A DNA stretch of 34,976 nucleotides from assembly GCA_050253415.1 (NCBI GenBank), contig JBFWJC010000010.1, forward strand, positions 1 to 34,976. Direction: 5' to 3'. Below the pieces are notes generated by a model, which was not told where the DNA came from, searched no databases, and worked only from the letters and a program-made list of their open reading frames with translations. A program made the translations under genes and the position numbers. Shown here piece after piece: positions 7,742-19,301 of this stretch. How positions within the stretch are numbered: position 1 is the first letter of the stretch; each line of letters begins with the position of its first letter. This DNA is from Pedobacter sp. (GTDB lineage: Bacteria; Desulfobacterota; Desulfuromonadia; Desulfuromonadales; Syntrophotaleaceae).

Positions 7742-8638
7742 TCAGTTCCTCTCATTTTTAAAATATAAGGCCAGACTGTCCTGCCAATGCGGTACGTCAG
7801 CACCCGTGGCGCGGCGGTATTTATCTTTGCAAAGCACGGAATAAGCCGGCCGTGTAGCCGGCAACGGATAATCTGCGGTGCCTATAGGCACCACGCGCTT
7901 GGCCATAATCGGCTCCCCTGCTGCCCTCGCCTCGGCCAAAATCGCTTCGGCAAACTCATGCCAGCTACAGGTACCCTCGTTGGAAAAATGGTAGAGACCA
8001 TAGGGTGGCTCTCCATCATTACTTTCAAGGTCTAGCAGGTTAAAAATGGCACGAGCCAGATCGTCCGTAAAGGTCGGCGAACCAACCTGGTCCGCGACCA
8101 CACGCAGCTCTTCGCGCTCTTTGCCAAAGCGCACCATGGTTTCGACAAAGTTTTTTCCGCCAGGGCCATAAAGCCAACTGGTACGGATGATGAAATAGTT
8201 GTCCAGGCCGGATGCGGCGATGGCCTCTTCCCCGGCCAGTTTGCTGCGACCGTAAACCGAACGCGGCCCAGTTACGTCCGTCTCCCGGCTGGCGGTATGC
8301 GCATCCCCGGGGAAAACATAGTCGGTGGAGATATGCACCAAGGTCGCGCCCAGATCACGCGCCACCGTGGCCAGATTGCCAGGCCCCTCGCCGTTCACCC
8401 GAAAAGCCGTGTCAGCCTCCGATTCGCAGCCATCTACCAGGGTATAGGCCGCACAATTGACAATGACATGCGGTCGCATATCACCAAGCACTGACGCCAC
8501 AACACCGGCGTCCGTCACATCAAACTGCGGCCTTGCCAGACAGCGAATCTCATACCCATCGGGGGCCCCTTTTTGGATGGTCTGAGCCAGCATCCCCCTT
8601 GCACCGACAAGAGCCAAAATCCTCGGCGTATGTTTCAT
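7742..8638 (-). CDS. rfbD: dTDP-4-dehydrorhamnose reductase
   Basis: [40 protein letters not shown]. Start moved to ATG at 8638. Confidence 0.94.
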   Translation of the reverse strand: MKHTPRILALVGARGMLAQTIQKGAPDGYEIRCLARPQFDVTDAGVVASVLGDMRPHVIVNCAAYTLVDGCESEADTAFRVNGEGPGNLATVARDLGATLVHISTDYVFPGDAHTASRETDVTGPRSVYGRSKLAGEEAIAASGLDNYFIIRTSWLYGPGGKNFVETMVRFGKEREELRVVADQVGSPTFTDDLARAIFNLLDLESNDGEPPYGLYHFSNEGTCSWHEFAEAILAEARAAGEPIMAKRVVPIGTADYPLPATRPAYSVLCKDKYRRATGADVPHWQDSLALYFKNERN

Positions 8639-8639
8639 A

Positions 8640-9707
8640 TCAACGCCCGGCATACATCTGCTCGTAATACTGTTGATACGATCCATCCAGGATCGATTTG
8701 GACCACTGGCGATTCTCAAGGTACCACTGCACCGTCTTGCGAATGCCCTCTTCGAAGGTCATGGCAGGCTCCCAACCAAGCTCATCACGAATGCGACTGG
8801 CATCGATGGCATAACGGCGGTCATGCCCCGGCCGATCGGTGACAAAGCGGATCAACTCCTGACGGGACTTGCCAGAGTCAAGCGGAGCGGCCATTTCATC
8901 GAGCAGGTCACAGATCAGCCGCACCACTTCGATATTCTGCTTTTCGCTGTTGCCCCCGACATTATACGTACGCCCCACCTGTCCCTTTTGCAGAGCTGTC
9001 AAGATCGCCTGGCAATGATCTCCCACATACAACCAATCCCGAATATTCTTACCATCCCCATACACCGGAAGATCCTTGCCAAGCAAGGCGTTATTGATGA
9101 TGAGCGGGATTAGTTTCTCGGGGAACTGATAGGGGCCATAGTTATTGGAGCAATTGGTGATAATGACAGGCAACCCGTAAGTGTGTTGATAAGCACTGGC
9201 CAGATGATCGGAGGAGGCCTTGCTTGCGGAGTAAGGTGATCGCGGGTCGTAGGGGGTGGTCTCGGTGAAAAGACCGGTGTCGCCAAGCGTACCATAGACC
9301 TCATCGGTACTCACATGAAGGAAACGGCAATCAGAAGCATCGCGCCCTTGCCCGAGCCATGCGGCACGCGCGGCCTCCAAGAGGGTAAATGTACCGACAA
9401 TGTTGGTGCGGATGAATTCGGTCGGTCCATCAATGCTGCGATCCACATGGGACTCAGCAGCAAAATGAACCACTGTGTTAATCTGTTCCTCGGAAAAGAC
9501 GCTGTCGATAAGGTTCCAGTCGCAGATGTCACTCTGCACGAAACGGTATCGGAAATCTTCTTCTATATCCGAAAGATTTGCCGGATTACCTGCATAGGTG
9601 AGTTTGTCGATATTGATTATGCGGCAGTCAGTGAGTGATTTTAGGGCCAGTCGGATAAAATTGGCACCAATAAAACCAGAACCACCCGTTACTAAGATGT
9701 TCTGCAT
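8640..9707 (-). CDS. rfbB: dTDP-glucose 4,6-dehydratase
   Basis: [52 protein letters not shown]. Confidence 0.97.
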   Translation of the reverse strand: MQNILVTGGSGFIGANFIRLALKSLTDCRIINIDKLTYAGNPANLSDIEEDFRYRFVQSDICDWNLIDSVFSEEQINTVVHFAAESHVDRSIDGPTEFIRTNIVGTFTLLEAARAAWLGQGRDASDCRFLHVSTDEVYGTLGDTGLFTETTPYDPRSPYSASKASSDHLASAYQHTYGLPVIITNCSNNYGPYQFPEKLIPLIINNALLGKDLPVYGDGKNIRDWLYVGDHCQAILTALQKGQVGRTYNVGGNSEKQNIEVVRLICDLLDEMAAPLDSGKSRQELIRFVTDRPGHDRRYAIDASRIRDELGWEPAMTFEEGIRKTVQWYLENRQWSKSILDGSYQQYYEQMYAGR

Positions 9708-9783
9708 TATTCATTAACCTCCAAAATCGGTATCAAGCTGATTCCTAAAAAGGGAAACCTACACTTATCTTTACATATACAGT

Positions 9784-10641
9784 TTAGGAGCCAAGAATCA
9801 GGCGTGTATTCTGTTCGATATTTTCGCGCCGCGAAGACCCGAAAAGAATCGAATCAACACCTTTCGAACCAAGTACATAATCTAGGCTGACATTAGCCTC
9901 TAATGCTCCTGATGCGAACACCGACATGGCAATGTTTTTGGACTTACCAGAAGCAAATGACTTGACCACCTCAGTATTACAAGGATTAGTCCTGAATCCA
10001 CCAAAATTGTAATTTGAGCAAATCCAAGGGGACTTAATGCCAATTTCATCACATAACACCGTTACTGCAGTCGGATGATTCATCGTAATGAAACCTGGTA
10101 TTACACCAAGCTCTTCAGAAACATAACGAAAATATTTCTCCAAAAGGATGTTTGCATTCAGACCCAGCAGAAGATCGAAGAGGATGTTCAATAAAAAAAC
10201 ACCACGAACCTTGAGTCCTTTGGTCATCAGAAGTTCAACATGAACCAAAAGGCGCATCAAACCGCTGAAATCACCAATCATAGCCCTCGAAAGCGCAATC
10301 AACAAACTACACTTTGAAGTCCCGCGCAAGTTATCCAGAACAACGTTGATAGCCCCATTTTCAGCCATTGCATTAGCGTATTTGTGGGCATAGGGAAGAC
10401 ACGGGATATAATTCATCTCGGGGAAAAGATGGGATCGGATTATTTCCTGAAAAACTGCATTAAATCGCTCATGCGTGGTAAACATGAAATCACGAATGCC
10501 GGATTCATACGCCCACCCTAGCACCTCAATGATTGCCTCACACTCACCGAACTTCTGGTTCAGTGAAGATGCTTTGGACTGGTCAGCATGATTTACTCCA
10601 AGGAATTGATTGTCACCTAAAATTATCCTCCCGAAACTCAT
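9784..10641 (-). CDS. Hypothetical protein, possibly TIM-barrel / aldo-keto-reductase-like
   Basis: 285-aa ORF whose start overlaps the upstream stop (ATGA). N-terminal ILGDNQFLGVNH and C-terminal AMSVFASG..ILFGSS; the fold is a guess. Confidence 0.7.
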   Translation of the reverse strand: MSFGRIILGDNQFLGVNHADQSKASSLNQKFGECEAIIEVLGWAYESGIRDFMFTTHERFNAVFQEIIRSHLFPEMNYIPCLPYAHKYANAMAENGAINVVLDNLRGTSKCSLLIALSRAMIGDFSGLMRLLVHVELLMTKGLKVRGVFLLNILFDLLLGLNANILLEKYFRYVSEELGVIPGFITMNHPTAVTVLCDEIGIKSPWICSNYNFGGFRTNPCNTEVVKSFASGKSKNIAMSVFASGALEANVSLDYVLGSKGVDSILFGSSRRENIEQNTRLILGS

Positions 10642-11669
10642 TGCAGTCCTACCTTTGTCGCTATTGAATCAATCAAAATATCCACCGCGACACCGTCTTC
10701 GATGAGCGCTTGACTTCCGATGCCAAATTTATCATCAGCCCGGAATTTCCTATGCAGGCAATTCTCTGAGAACGTTTCAAGTTGCAGACTGAATTCCTCG
10801 CCACGGAGATAATAGCTAACCCGTGGTGGTACATCGAGCATGGATATTTCAAGCATTTGTTCAGGTGTCAGGGGAGCAGAGTCTTTGAACGAAACCTTCA
10901 GCGCTGAATTATTCGCAGTCACGCGGGCATGCTCGAACTCAACCTCAAATTCAATAACGGATTTCCGCTTCGATTTGTCACACCAGTTTAAAAAAACCTC
11001 TCCAATGCAACCAGAACTATGGACCCATGTAAAGTCAATCATGTCATCAGCTTTTCTTGAGTAAACATGGCCCTTAGTAGCGGTAGAAAGTCCGCTGATT
11101 TCGCCAAATATAAACCTGCACAGATCAATAAGGTGTGGACCATATTCGTTAAGACACCCACCTCCAGCAGCAAAATTGGTCCTCCAACCGTTGTTGTCCG
11201 ACTTAGTTATCACATTACCACTCATGCGAGCTACATAAGAGCACACTTTGCCCAGAACACCAGTTTCGGCCAAAGAATGCAGCCGGTTGAACGAGGCAAC
11301 AAAACGCAGAACGAAACCCATCTGGGTATAGACATTATTTTGTCGGGCCAAGTCAGCTAGTTCGAGACTCTTACACACGTCAAGGGTGAGCGGCTTTTCT
11401 ATAAAGCAGGGAATCGAACGCAAAATAGCACTCTTGGCTAACTCATAGTGGTAAGACGTCGGCGTCGCGACCACCACACCAGAAACTGGAGTTTCAGATT
11501 TAAAAGCTTCATCCAAAGAAGAAAAAACTTTGTATTTGAACTTCTTAAATATAAACCTTGTAGACCAACTTGAATCACAGAGTGTTACAAAGTTAGACCC
11601 AACAATCCTGCTTATTATGGCCAGATGCGACAACCCCATTTTCCCGCCGCCAACAACAATAATACTCAT
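10638..11669 (-). CDS. Gfo/Idh/MocA family NAD(P)-dependent oxidoreductase
   Basis: VVGGGKMG, VVATPTSYH, FIEKPL, MGFVLRF, GGGCLNEYGPHLIDL. Start moved to ATG at 11669. Confidence 0.88.
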   Translation of the reverse strand: MSIIVVGGGKMGLSHLAIISRIVGSNFVTLCDSSWSTRFIFKKFKYKVFSSLDEAFKSETPVSGVVVATPTSYHYELAKSAILRSIPCFIEKPLTLDVCKSLELADLARQNNVYTQMGFVLRFVASFNRLHSLAETGVLGKVCSYVARMSGNVITKSDNNGWRTNFAAGGGCLNEYGPHLIDLCRFIFGEISGLSTATKGHVYSRKADDMIDFTWVHSSGCIGEVFLNWCDKSKRKSVIEFEVEFEHARVTANNSALKVSFKDSAPLTPEQMLEISMLDVPPRVSYYLRGEEFSLQLETFSENCLHRKFRADDKFGIGSQALIEDGVAVDILIDSIATKVGLQ

Positions 11670-11786
11670 ATTAATAGCGTCCTGATGTTTAATGATATGA
11701 TGGGTCGGAAGCCCCATAGGAAAAAATTGAAATAATGAAACTGACAGACTTAATCATTTTGAAGTGCAAAAGTAAGGTAAATATTG

Positions 11787-12881
11787 CTATTTACCAAGTA
11801 CTTGCGTAAATGCTTTGAGGTAGCTATCAGCAACTAAGTCCCAATTAAATTCGGAAATCACCTTATTTTTATTGTTTGAACAAAAAAGAGTACGATGATC
11901 AGGTCTATAATTATTAATTATGTTAGTGACATCGTTTGAGTTTTTAAAATAAAAGGCATTTTCTTCTAGAACACTTCTGTTAAAGATGTTGTCATGTGAT
12001 ACAATGTAAGAATTTGAAACCATTGCTTCCAAAAGTGATGGATTAGTTCCGCCGCAAGAATGACCGTGAAAGTATAGTCGAGAAAACCATCTTAACGTCG
12101 ACACAAGATTGTATTCATAAATTCCACCAACAAATCTAATGTTTTTGTTATTATTATATTTACTCTTCAGGTATTCACCATATTTGTTGTGGTGTGACCC
12201 TATAACAAGAAAAGGAAGGTGACTTCCGGAAGAATGATATCCATCCAAAATTACCTCAATGTTGTTGTCTTTTTGAAAACGAGCAAGTAAGACAAAATAG
12301 TTATTCTCAGTAAGATTAAACTCATTTAGTCTTGAAATATCCGGATTTTCAACGTTTTCAGCCCCATAGGGGATGTAGTAGCTGTCTTTAGAGTAATTAT
12401 CTAAAAAATACTGCTGAATTCCAGGATTATCTGAAATAAGTGCATCACTATTCTTGACGGCAAGTTTTTCACAGTAGCGAATAATGTTTCTAGCTAAAAA
12501 CTTCCATTTACTCCTTTTCCACTCCATACCTGCCATATTGGTAATAATTTTTGCTTTCCCACGGTTCTTTAAAAAAAAGAACAGTGAACAAGGTGCATAA
12601 CCAAGTTCGAGTATGATGTCAAAATCTTTCGCGACAGCATCTTTTAAAGTGACGAAGTCGTAGTGAAACGTACTGGGAAGAGGAATAAGCTTCTGCGTTG
12701 AATCCGGTAAACATATCTGGATGCCATTCCATTCAGCTTCTTTATATGGATGCTCTGGTGTGTTGTAGACGCATACCTCATGGCCTTTTTTTACAAAATT
12801 CAATGAAATCTTTTCGGCGCACTGCTCGAACCCACCATAAGTGTTGGGGATACCACGTGTACCAAGAATAGCTATTTTCAT
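11787..12881 (-). CDS. GT-B glycosyltransferase (GT4, DUF1972-type N-terminus)
   Basis: MKIAILGTRGIPNTYGGFE, GMEWKRSKW, HGHSCGGTNPSLLEAM. Start moved to ATG at 12881. Confidence 0.88.
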   Translation of the reverse strand: MKIAILGTRGIPNTYGGFEQCAEKISLNFVKKGHEVCVYNTPEHPYKEAEWNGIQICLPDSTQKLIPLPSTFHYDFVTLKDAVAKDFDIILELGYAPCSLFFFLKNRGKAKIITNMAGMEWKRSKWKFLARNIIRYCEKLAVKNSDALISDNPGIQQYFLDNYSKDSYYIPYGAENVENPDISRLNEFNLTENNYFVLLARFQKDNNIEVILDGYHSSGSHLPFLVIGSHHNKYGEYLKSKYNNNKNIRFVGGIYEYNLVSTLRWFSRLYFHGHSCGGTNPSLLEAMVSNSYIVSHDNIFNRSVLEENAFYFKNSNDVTNIINNYRPDHRTLFCSNNKNKVISEFNWDLVADSYLKAFTQVLGK

Positions 12882-12931
12882 ATCAAGGTCTCTTTTAAAT
12901 ATAAATATGACATAGGAAATGGTCCAAATTT

Positions 12932-14089
12932 TTATTGTGAAACGCAGACAGAGCGATACACTGCTGCAGTCATCGACCCAATTACACCCCAATCATAACG
13001 CTCACGCATTAATTCCTTACCTCGCTTACCAGCGGCAGCAACTAAGTCATCTTGATCAAGAACCTCATTGAGACGCAGTGCAAGGGCTTGGGCATCACCA
13101 CTTTTAAAAAGGAAACCTGTATCGTCGTCCGTAATCACTTCCTTCATTCCTGGCAAATCGGAAGCAAGGACAGCCCGGCCATAACTCATTGCCATCAGGA
13201 CCACGCCGCTTTGGTAAATTCGTCTGTACGGCAGCACGACCAGATCAGCAATACCATAAAATAGCGGGACTTCTTCATCGGGTATATAACGGATATGACA
13301 CAAACAGCTTTCCTGAATTCCAGAATGGCTTATTTGTTCAGAGTAAGACTCAAAATTCGTCTTCCAAGGCCTTCCTGCGATTAGAAGTACTGTATAAGGA
13401 TGTTCCTTGAGCACATTTGGCATTGCCTCAAGAAGCAGATCAAGCCCCTTAACATCCTTTATTTGACCGAAAAACAATAAGACTTTGGCATGATCAGGCA
13501 CGTTTAACTTACGCCTCGTTTCACTAAGCAGAGGTGCCTCACCTAGCATGGAAAGATAATTGCCATGGGGGATAACAGCAATTCTTTCGGGATGGATCCT
13601 AGCAACGCGTATCAATTCATCTCGACTCACCTGATTGTGCACGATAAAATGATTCACCAGAGGATAAACAAATCTCGCAAGCAAAGGCATTTTTTCCCAT
13701 TCAGCAAATGACTCAACATCGTGAATTGTAGCAACTATTTTCCTGCCACTCACTTTCGCAGCAACTACATTAAAGGTTTCAAGAGGCCCTACATTGAAAA
13801 AATGAAAATGTACAAGTGGCGCACTTCGAAGGACTGCATGTACAAGGGCCGAAAGCGTCCCTCTGATATATCGAGCAGCTCGTTTCCAAACAGGTGCATT
13901 GCCAAAAATATCACGATAACAAAAATGAAGGGGAACCTTAGACCCCGCCGGTGGCGTCGTTTCATGGTTTGTGTGAAGAGACACCTCGACACCGGCACTT
14001 TCTAAACCTTCACAGAGCCCAAAATCATAATAGCCCATTCCACCATATCCACCTACAGGCTCAATAACTGCAACTTTAATTACACTCAT
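12932..14089 (-). CDS. Glycosyltransferase family 4
   Basis: TIHD, VIPHG, LFFGQIKDVKGLD, VVLPYRRIYQSGV..AMSYG.AVLASD.PG. Confidence 0.9.
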   Translation of the reverse strand: MSVIKVAVIEPVGGYGGMGYYDFGLCEGLESAGVEVSLHTNHETTPPAGSKVPLHFCYRDIFGNAPVWKRAARYIRGTLSALVHAVLRSAPLVHFHFFNVGPLETFNVVAAKVSGRKIVATIHDVESFAEWEKMPLLARFVYPLVNHFIVHNQVSRDELIRVARIHPERIAVIPHGNYLSMLGEAPLLSETRRKLNVPDHAKVLLFFGQIKDVKGLDLLLEAMPNVLKEHPYTVLLIAGRPWKTNFESYSEQISHSGIQESCLCHIRYIPDEEVPLFYGIADLVVLPYRRIYQSGVVLMAMSYGRAVLASDLPGMKEVITDDDTGFLFKSGDAQALALRLNEVLDQDDLVAAAGKRGKELMRERYDWGVIGSMTAAVYRSVCVSQ

Positions 14090-14358
14090 CTATCCACCAA
14101 TCTAATAATCGAATTAGGTCTATAGTCAGCCAACTTCAGGACACACAGGCACAATGTGTTGATTTACTGAGAAATCATTTAGCCTGTTATTCAGCTTTGT
14201 TATTTTAGCGACCTTCGCATCAACCCCCAACACGGGACAATTCAGAGATTCTTTTAACTCCACCTCACAAGCTGCGATATTGACATGAATGGCTATAGTC
14301 ATTGCCTTAAGCCCCATATTATTGAGAAATAACTGTGCATCATCTTCAAGGTACACTC

Positions 14359-15291
14359 TTATTCGCATGAGGCAAAACAAGAGCGATAGGATTGCCAGCC
14401 CTTAACAATGGCAGCAATACCATCCCAGCGTTTATGCCGCGCAAATGAAACCACTGTTTTGAGCAAAAACAAGCTGAAACCAACGATGAATATCAATCGA
14501 TTTTTCCCTTTAGCATGAAGTCTCATATTAATAAATCGATTGCGAAACAAATGAAAGGTATAAAAAGAAAGGTTACTATTGAGTGGAGATAAGGTAGCAA
14601 CGAACATTTGTTCACCTCGCGAAGAGGCCTGTACTACATGCGAAACTATTGCAGTAGGTTCGTAACGTATTTCCCAACCTAATTTTTGAGTGCGTAAACA
14701 CAACTCCACATCTTCTTCATACATAAATAAACGCTCGTCAAAACCACCAATGCTTTTCAACAACTCACGGCGAGCTAACATAGCACAGCCACTAGCAAAA
14801 GAAACTTGACGGCTCGTCATTGCCAAATTCGAATCACTGGGCCCCAAAAACCCAGGAGTTACAACTGAACCACGCAACCAACTTATTTCACCACCGCCAT
14901 ACCATAAAATCGATGGATTATTCATGAAAACAATACGCGGTGTAGCAATACCCGCCTCGGGATAAAAATCAAGCACGCGTTCCAATTGTTCTATGGTGCC
15001 TGGTTCAACTGTTGTGTCATTATTTAAAATGAAAACAAATTCACAATCTGTCTGAGAAAGGGCCCATTCGATTCCCACGTTATTGCCACAGCCGAAACCT
15101 AAATTTTCAGGAACACTAATGAAGTGGACATTAGGATATTTAAGAATAACTTTACACAACTCAGGATCATTAGGCGTGTTGTCAACGACAATAACTCTTG
15201 GGACAATTGAGGATTTATGTAATGAATAAAGACACTTTTCTGTGTCATTAGCCCCATTATAATTCACGAGAACAACAGTTGTTCGTTTCAA
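14359..15291 (-). CDS. Glycosyltransferase family 2
   Basis: VLVNYNG, IVVDN, NLGFGCGNNVG, LNNDT, SGCAML, GGFDERLFMYEEDVELC. TTG start preceded by GGGAGG. Confidence 0.9.
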   Translation of the reverse strand: MKRTTVVLVNYNGANDTEKCLYSLHKSSIVPRVIVVDNTPNDPELCKVILKYPNVHFISVPENLGFGCGNNVGIEWALSQTDCEFVFILNNDTTVEPGTIEQLERVLDFYPEAGIATPRIVFMNNPSILWYGGGEISWLRGSVVTPGFLGPSDSNLAMTSRQVSFASGCAMLARRELLKSIGGFDERLFMYEEDVELCLRTQKLGWEIRYEPTAIVSHVVQASSRGEQMFVATLSPLNSNLSFYTFHLFRNRFINMRLHAKGKNRLIFIVGFSLFLLKTVVSFARHKRWDGIAAIVKGWQSYRSCFASCE

Positions 15292-15308
15292 ACCATACCT
15301 CCCATAGT

Positions 15309-16601
15309 TTATTTCCCTATAGCAGAAGGAATTTTTTCCATCGAAGCACTATACAAAATGGCGATAAATATCAATAAAGTTCCTACGGAGTGGACAAACT
15401 GCCCTGTCACTAAAGAGGTAATTGCATAATAAAATAAAATTCCCCTTACTGCGCAAATAAGATTGCCCCACTTTCCACCATGATTTGGCAACCTCTTACT
15501 ATACTGTAGCGCAAATCTAAATTGGTAGGCATATACAAATAAGCCTACAACACCATAAAGATACATGATGCCAAGTAAACCAACATCTGAAGGATGAAAA
15601 TAATCAAACAACGATTTGTATCCTCCATTCCACTGATGACTGATCAAGCCGTTCCCTAGCATAAAATTCTTTTTCACGTAAGGTAATGCAATATTAGACT
15701 GATCAATCCTTGAATTTGCCGAAATGTCAGACCCCTTTTCGGCTGTTAAAACAACCATATAGGCTGAATAGAATTTCTCTTTTAAAAAAGTTAACTTTTT
15801 ACTATTGCTTACGCAGGCAATGGATATTAACAAAAGTATTATAAAAGAAACTCTGGACAAAAAAACAAGAAGCCTAGATTTTGACCGCCAACGTATAACA
15901 AAAAATAGACAACTAAATATCACGGCAAGTATTTGCGTTCTGCCCCCAGAGCCAAAAATTAAGTAGCCAAAAAAAAGTAAAGCCAAGCATAGATTACGTA
16001 AACTGTTTTGCCAAAATGAAGAAAAAACATAATAAAACAATCCAAAAACCAAAAAAGTTGTGGGCAATACAAATTTTAGGTCATCCCCCACCCCGACAAC
16101 AAAGGTTGGGATATCTACAAATTGTCTCGGATCAAGAAATAGTACGACGAGTGTGCAGAGAATCAGACTAATCCATGCAAGCCATAGCAATGCGCGCTCA
16201 ACATCTCCAAGAGAAAAAGCGCCTTTCCGGTAAAAACTTAAGAATATTAACATGCATCCAACAAGCACAAGCCCTCGCTGTGCCAAGATACTATAAATCC
16301 AAGGTTGCCCAAACTCAGCGCTCGCCATAAACGCCGAAACTAGCGGCACATAGATCAAGAGAAAAAACCCATATTTTTCAAATGGACTAGGGTAGTATTT
16401 ATGTATTGCAATTTTGGGAAAATACACCAGAACCAGAAATATAAAAACTGCAATAAACCATATTTCCGCTGTTAAAAACATACTTGGAAGATATTTCAAG
16501 GTAGAAAATGAAAGTAAAAAAAATATGGCGAGCATTGAAGTTCGTAACTTTGATTTAAAGAGTCTTACCGGTGCCACATATTTAGAAATTGCTGAATTCA
16601 T
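15309..16601 (-). CDS. Putative O-antigen/polysaccharide polymerase (Wzy-like multi-pass membrane protein)
   Basis: About 10-12 hydrophobic segments, SGGRT motif, periplasmic loop with S..SR and LGNG; position among glycosyltransferases downstream of wzx. Confidence 0.7.
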   Translation of the reverse strand: MNSAISKYVAPVRLFKSKLRTSMLAIFFLLSFSTLKYLPSMFLTAEIWFIAVFIFLVLVYFPKIAIHKYYPSPFEKYGFFLLIYVPLVSAFMASAEFGQPWIYSILAQRGLVLVGCMLIFLSFYRKGAFSLGDVERALLWLAWISLILCTLVVLFLDPRQFVDIPTFVVGVGDDLKFVLPTTFLVFGLFYYVFSSFWQNSLRNLCLALLFFGYLIFGSGGRTQILAVIFSCLFFVIRWRSKSRLLVFLSRVSFIILLLISIACVSNSKKLTFLKEKFYSAYMVVLTAEKGSDISANSRIDQSNIALPYVKKNFMLGNGLISHQWNGGYKSLFDYFHPSDVGLLGIMYLYGVVGLFVYAYQFRFALQYSKRLPNHGGKWGNLICAVRGILFYYAITSLVTGQFVHSVGTLLIFIAILYSASMEKIPSAIGK

Positions 16602-16689
16602 TGACGTTGTCTCTATCTTAATAAATATGTAAATAATTTATAATTTCATATCTTTTTATTACATAATCAAAAATAAACTACATGAAAAC

Positions 16690-17781
16690 TTAAGATTTTA
16701 ACCGCAAACATTCATTGATTGATTTTGAAATTTGATTTAATCGTACTTCCCAGCTGTTATCATTTAAAAAAAGACTTCTCTGATTTAAGGTGTACTTTGT
16801 TTTATTGTCTACAACAAGACATTTAACTATTTCAACAAAACCGTTTCTATCTTTATAGAATGATACAAATTCTGAGAATCTATCTATCTCCTTATAATAA
16901 GGACAAATAATATTCTTATTAAGGTTTATATATTCATAGATTTTTACAGGATCAACACCTTGAATAAGTTCATTAGTTACAAATGGCATAATAAAACAGT
17001 CAAATTTATGTGCACGTGATGACAGGCTTGAATGCTCTATAGTACCATGAAACTTTAATCTATCATGTGCTGGTACATCAACTAATACTGGTCCGAAAAA
17101 GTGAAACTCAACTCCATTAAGGCTATCCACACAGTACAGAAGCAAGTTAAAATCGATATAATCACTAATGGTACCAATGTATAAGATACGGAAGCTATCT
17201 TTAGGCTTACCTGAAACGATTGATGTGGTTGTCTCAGCACATATGGTGCCACCAAAAGCATTTCGCACAAGAGCCAACTTATTCGCCGAAGCGCCCCTTC
17301 CTAGGACTTTATTATACAAATTCTCGCTACTTACAAACACGATATCTGCAACCCCAAGTAATGCTTTCTCACTATTTGAAATGTACTTATTTCTAACTTC
17401 GTCTTTACTAAATTCTTGGGCATCATCCATACAGTCATAAATAATCACTGTATTCTTTAGCATACGCAATCCAATTTTAGAAATCAGAGTAGGAAAAGTA
17501 ACCCAAACAATCGAGGGTCTAAAAAACAGTATCAACAAAAAAATATAAAATTCTCTTATGCATGCATTGATGAAGGATATTCCTTTAAGCCTAGAAAACG
17601 GTAGCGATAATATCGGGACCCGGGTCAGGTTTGATCTATTGCTAACAAGATTTGTTCTTCTATTATTGTGCGGATGCAATACCACCAAATCAAAGTCGGA
17701 AGATAAACCTTCAGCAACAAAATGTGGTCTTTGCTTAATCCAGTGCCAATCTACATGCATTATATATAGTATTTTATCCAT
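16690..17781 (-). CDS. GT-B glycosyltransferase (TuaH-like)
   Basis: WHWIKQRPH, IYDCMDD, YIGTI, IMPF, GVDPVKIYEY, NSWEVR. Confidence 0.82.
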   Translation of the reverse strand: MDKILYIMHVDWHWIKQRPHFVAEGLSSDFDLVVLHPHNNRRTNLVSNRSNLTRVPILSLPFSRLKGISFINACIREFYIFLLILFFRPSIVWVTFPTLISKIGLRMLKNTVIIYDCMDDAQEFSKDEVRNKYISNSEKALLGVADIVFVSSENLYNKVLGRGASANKLALVRNAFGGTICAETTTSIVSGKPKDSFRILYIGTISDYIDFNLLLYCVDSLNGVEFHFFGPVLVDVPAHDRLKFHGTIEHSSLSSRAHKFDCFIMPFVTNELIQGVDPVKIYEYINLNKNIICPYYKEIDRFSEFVSFYKDRNGFVEIVKCLVVDNKTKYTLNQRSLFLNDNSWEVRLNQISKSINECLRLKS

Positions 17782-18023
17782 AGTTTTAGGCTTTCATTAA
17801 CTATAATGACCGATATTTTTACATTTATGGAAAGATTAATTTCAAATTCAATTTAAAATATTGAACGATGTATTTTTTAAAGAAAACAGACACAGTCTTT
17901 ATAATATTTTTAATTTAATGCAATATTTTCTTCCATATTAGAGACAATCAAAAAAAGGCATGTAAATTCTTTTTCGTGCAAAATTTAGAAAAAGAAATAA
18001 CATTGGAACTTTGAGGATTGCTA

Positions 18024-19301
18024 TTAGCTCCACCTTGGGTTTTTTTCGCCTAACATTTCTTGAAAATCGCCCCTTACAATATCACCCATCGACTTGCTTT
18101 TGCTAAGCTGTATCGCACCTATTTTATCTATTTCAGGTTGCATTTTATTGAACATTTCAATCAACCTTGGACCATTGAGCACAATGTCATTTAAGCAGTT
18201 CGCAGACAACCCGAATTGCTGCATGAAATCAATTGTTTTGGGGTGATAAGCTATGGCTATAAGTGGGGTGCCAGTAATAAGGGCCATTATCACTGAGTGT
18301 GTCTTGTGCCCAATAAATAAGCGACACTTAGCCACTTCCATAATGTGTTCCAGCATGGATTTGAAATCATTAACCACTGAACAGCGGTCAGGGGTACTAA
18401 CCGCATTGAGTACAGCCTCTATACAGGGCCGATCATCAGCATCTTCACCTTTGACTTGCATTGGAAAAAACTGGACACGATGCCCCAGGTCAATGACATG
18501 GTTAACGATATCTCGTAGAGAGTTGACATACTTGGCGTGTTCCTCAACTGAGCGGCCCTGAACGCTGTAGACGGAAATTCCAACCAACAGAGATCGTTCT
18601 GATGGTTTTTTCAGTGAATCAAGAAGATTGCTTAGACCAAGCACCGATTCGTAAGTCTGCCGAATTTTATTGTCGGGCACTCCTAAATAGTTAAGCTCGT
18701 CAAGCGATCGCTGATCTCTAGTATAAATAGCCACAGATCTAGTTAGAATTTCTTTAATGAATAGTCTATTATCATCGGTCTCAAATTCAAAAGGTCCTAT
18801 TGACTGTGACCATAGAAAAAGTGGCTTTCCTGCTAATAGAGCCAATGCCATTTCAAAGGTTTGAGGTGAAATAGCTTGGGGGGCAAGAATACTGGTGATA
18901 TGGTGCCCACCAGTACTGACTACAATGTCTGCTGACTGTAGCTCCCTCCAAAAGTCTCTATTACAGCAAAAAGGAAGGTACCAAGGGCGTGTTCCACAAA
19001 TCAAATGGTGGCGGATTAAAGCATAAGTAAGAGAGTAAAATACTTGTTTTAGGCGGCGGATTATCCTTGAAACAAATCCAGGATTACGATTTTTCTGAAT
19101 ATTCCAACCCCACGGGACATATCGTACACTCGGCATCCCATCACGCAATAGCGCTTGACAACATGAGGGCTCATTGGCCGAAACAGAGATCAATTTAACA
19201 CCGTTGGCCGTAAGTTCATGTAAAACAAACTCGAGAACAGCTTTGTCGCCTTTATTGGTGGAGCAGTGGTTTATCACAAGAACCTTCATTAAGCACCTCA
19301 C
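18024..19301 (-). CDS. Polysaccharide pyruvyl transferase family protein (WcaK/CsaB-like)
   Basis: NKGDKA, STGG, SQSIGPF, YTRD, IGHKTHSVI.AL..GTP.IAIAY.PK. True start may be ATG at 19289. Confidence 0.85.
   Translation of the reverse strand: MRCLMKVLVINHCSTNKGDKAVLEFVLHELTANGVKLISVSANEPSCCQALLRDGMPSVRYVPWGWNIQKNRNPGFVSRIIRRLKQVFYSLTYALIRHHLICGTRPWYLPFCCNRDFWRELQSADIVVSTGGHHITSILAPQAISPQTFEMALALLAGKPLFLWSQSIGPFEFETDDNRLFIKEILTRSVAIYTRDQRSLDELNYLGVPDNKIRQTYESVLGLSNLLDSLKKPSERSLLVGISVYSVQGRSVEEHAKYVNSLRDIVNHVIDLGHRVQFFPMQVKGEDADDRPCIEAVLNAVSTPDRCSVVNDFKSMLEHIMEVAKCRLFIGHKTHSVIMALITGTPLIAIAYHPKTIDFMQQFGLSANCLNDIVLNGPRLIEMFNKMQPEIDKIGAIQLSKSKSMGDIVRGDFQEMLGEKNPRWS

Noticed and set aside
14126..14380. 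84-aa ORF between GT2 and GT4
   Set aside because: No recognisable motif or clear RBS; could be a remnant, but not supportable.
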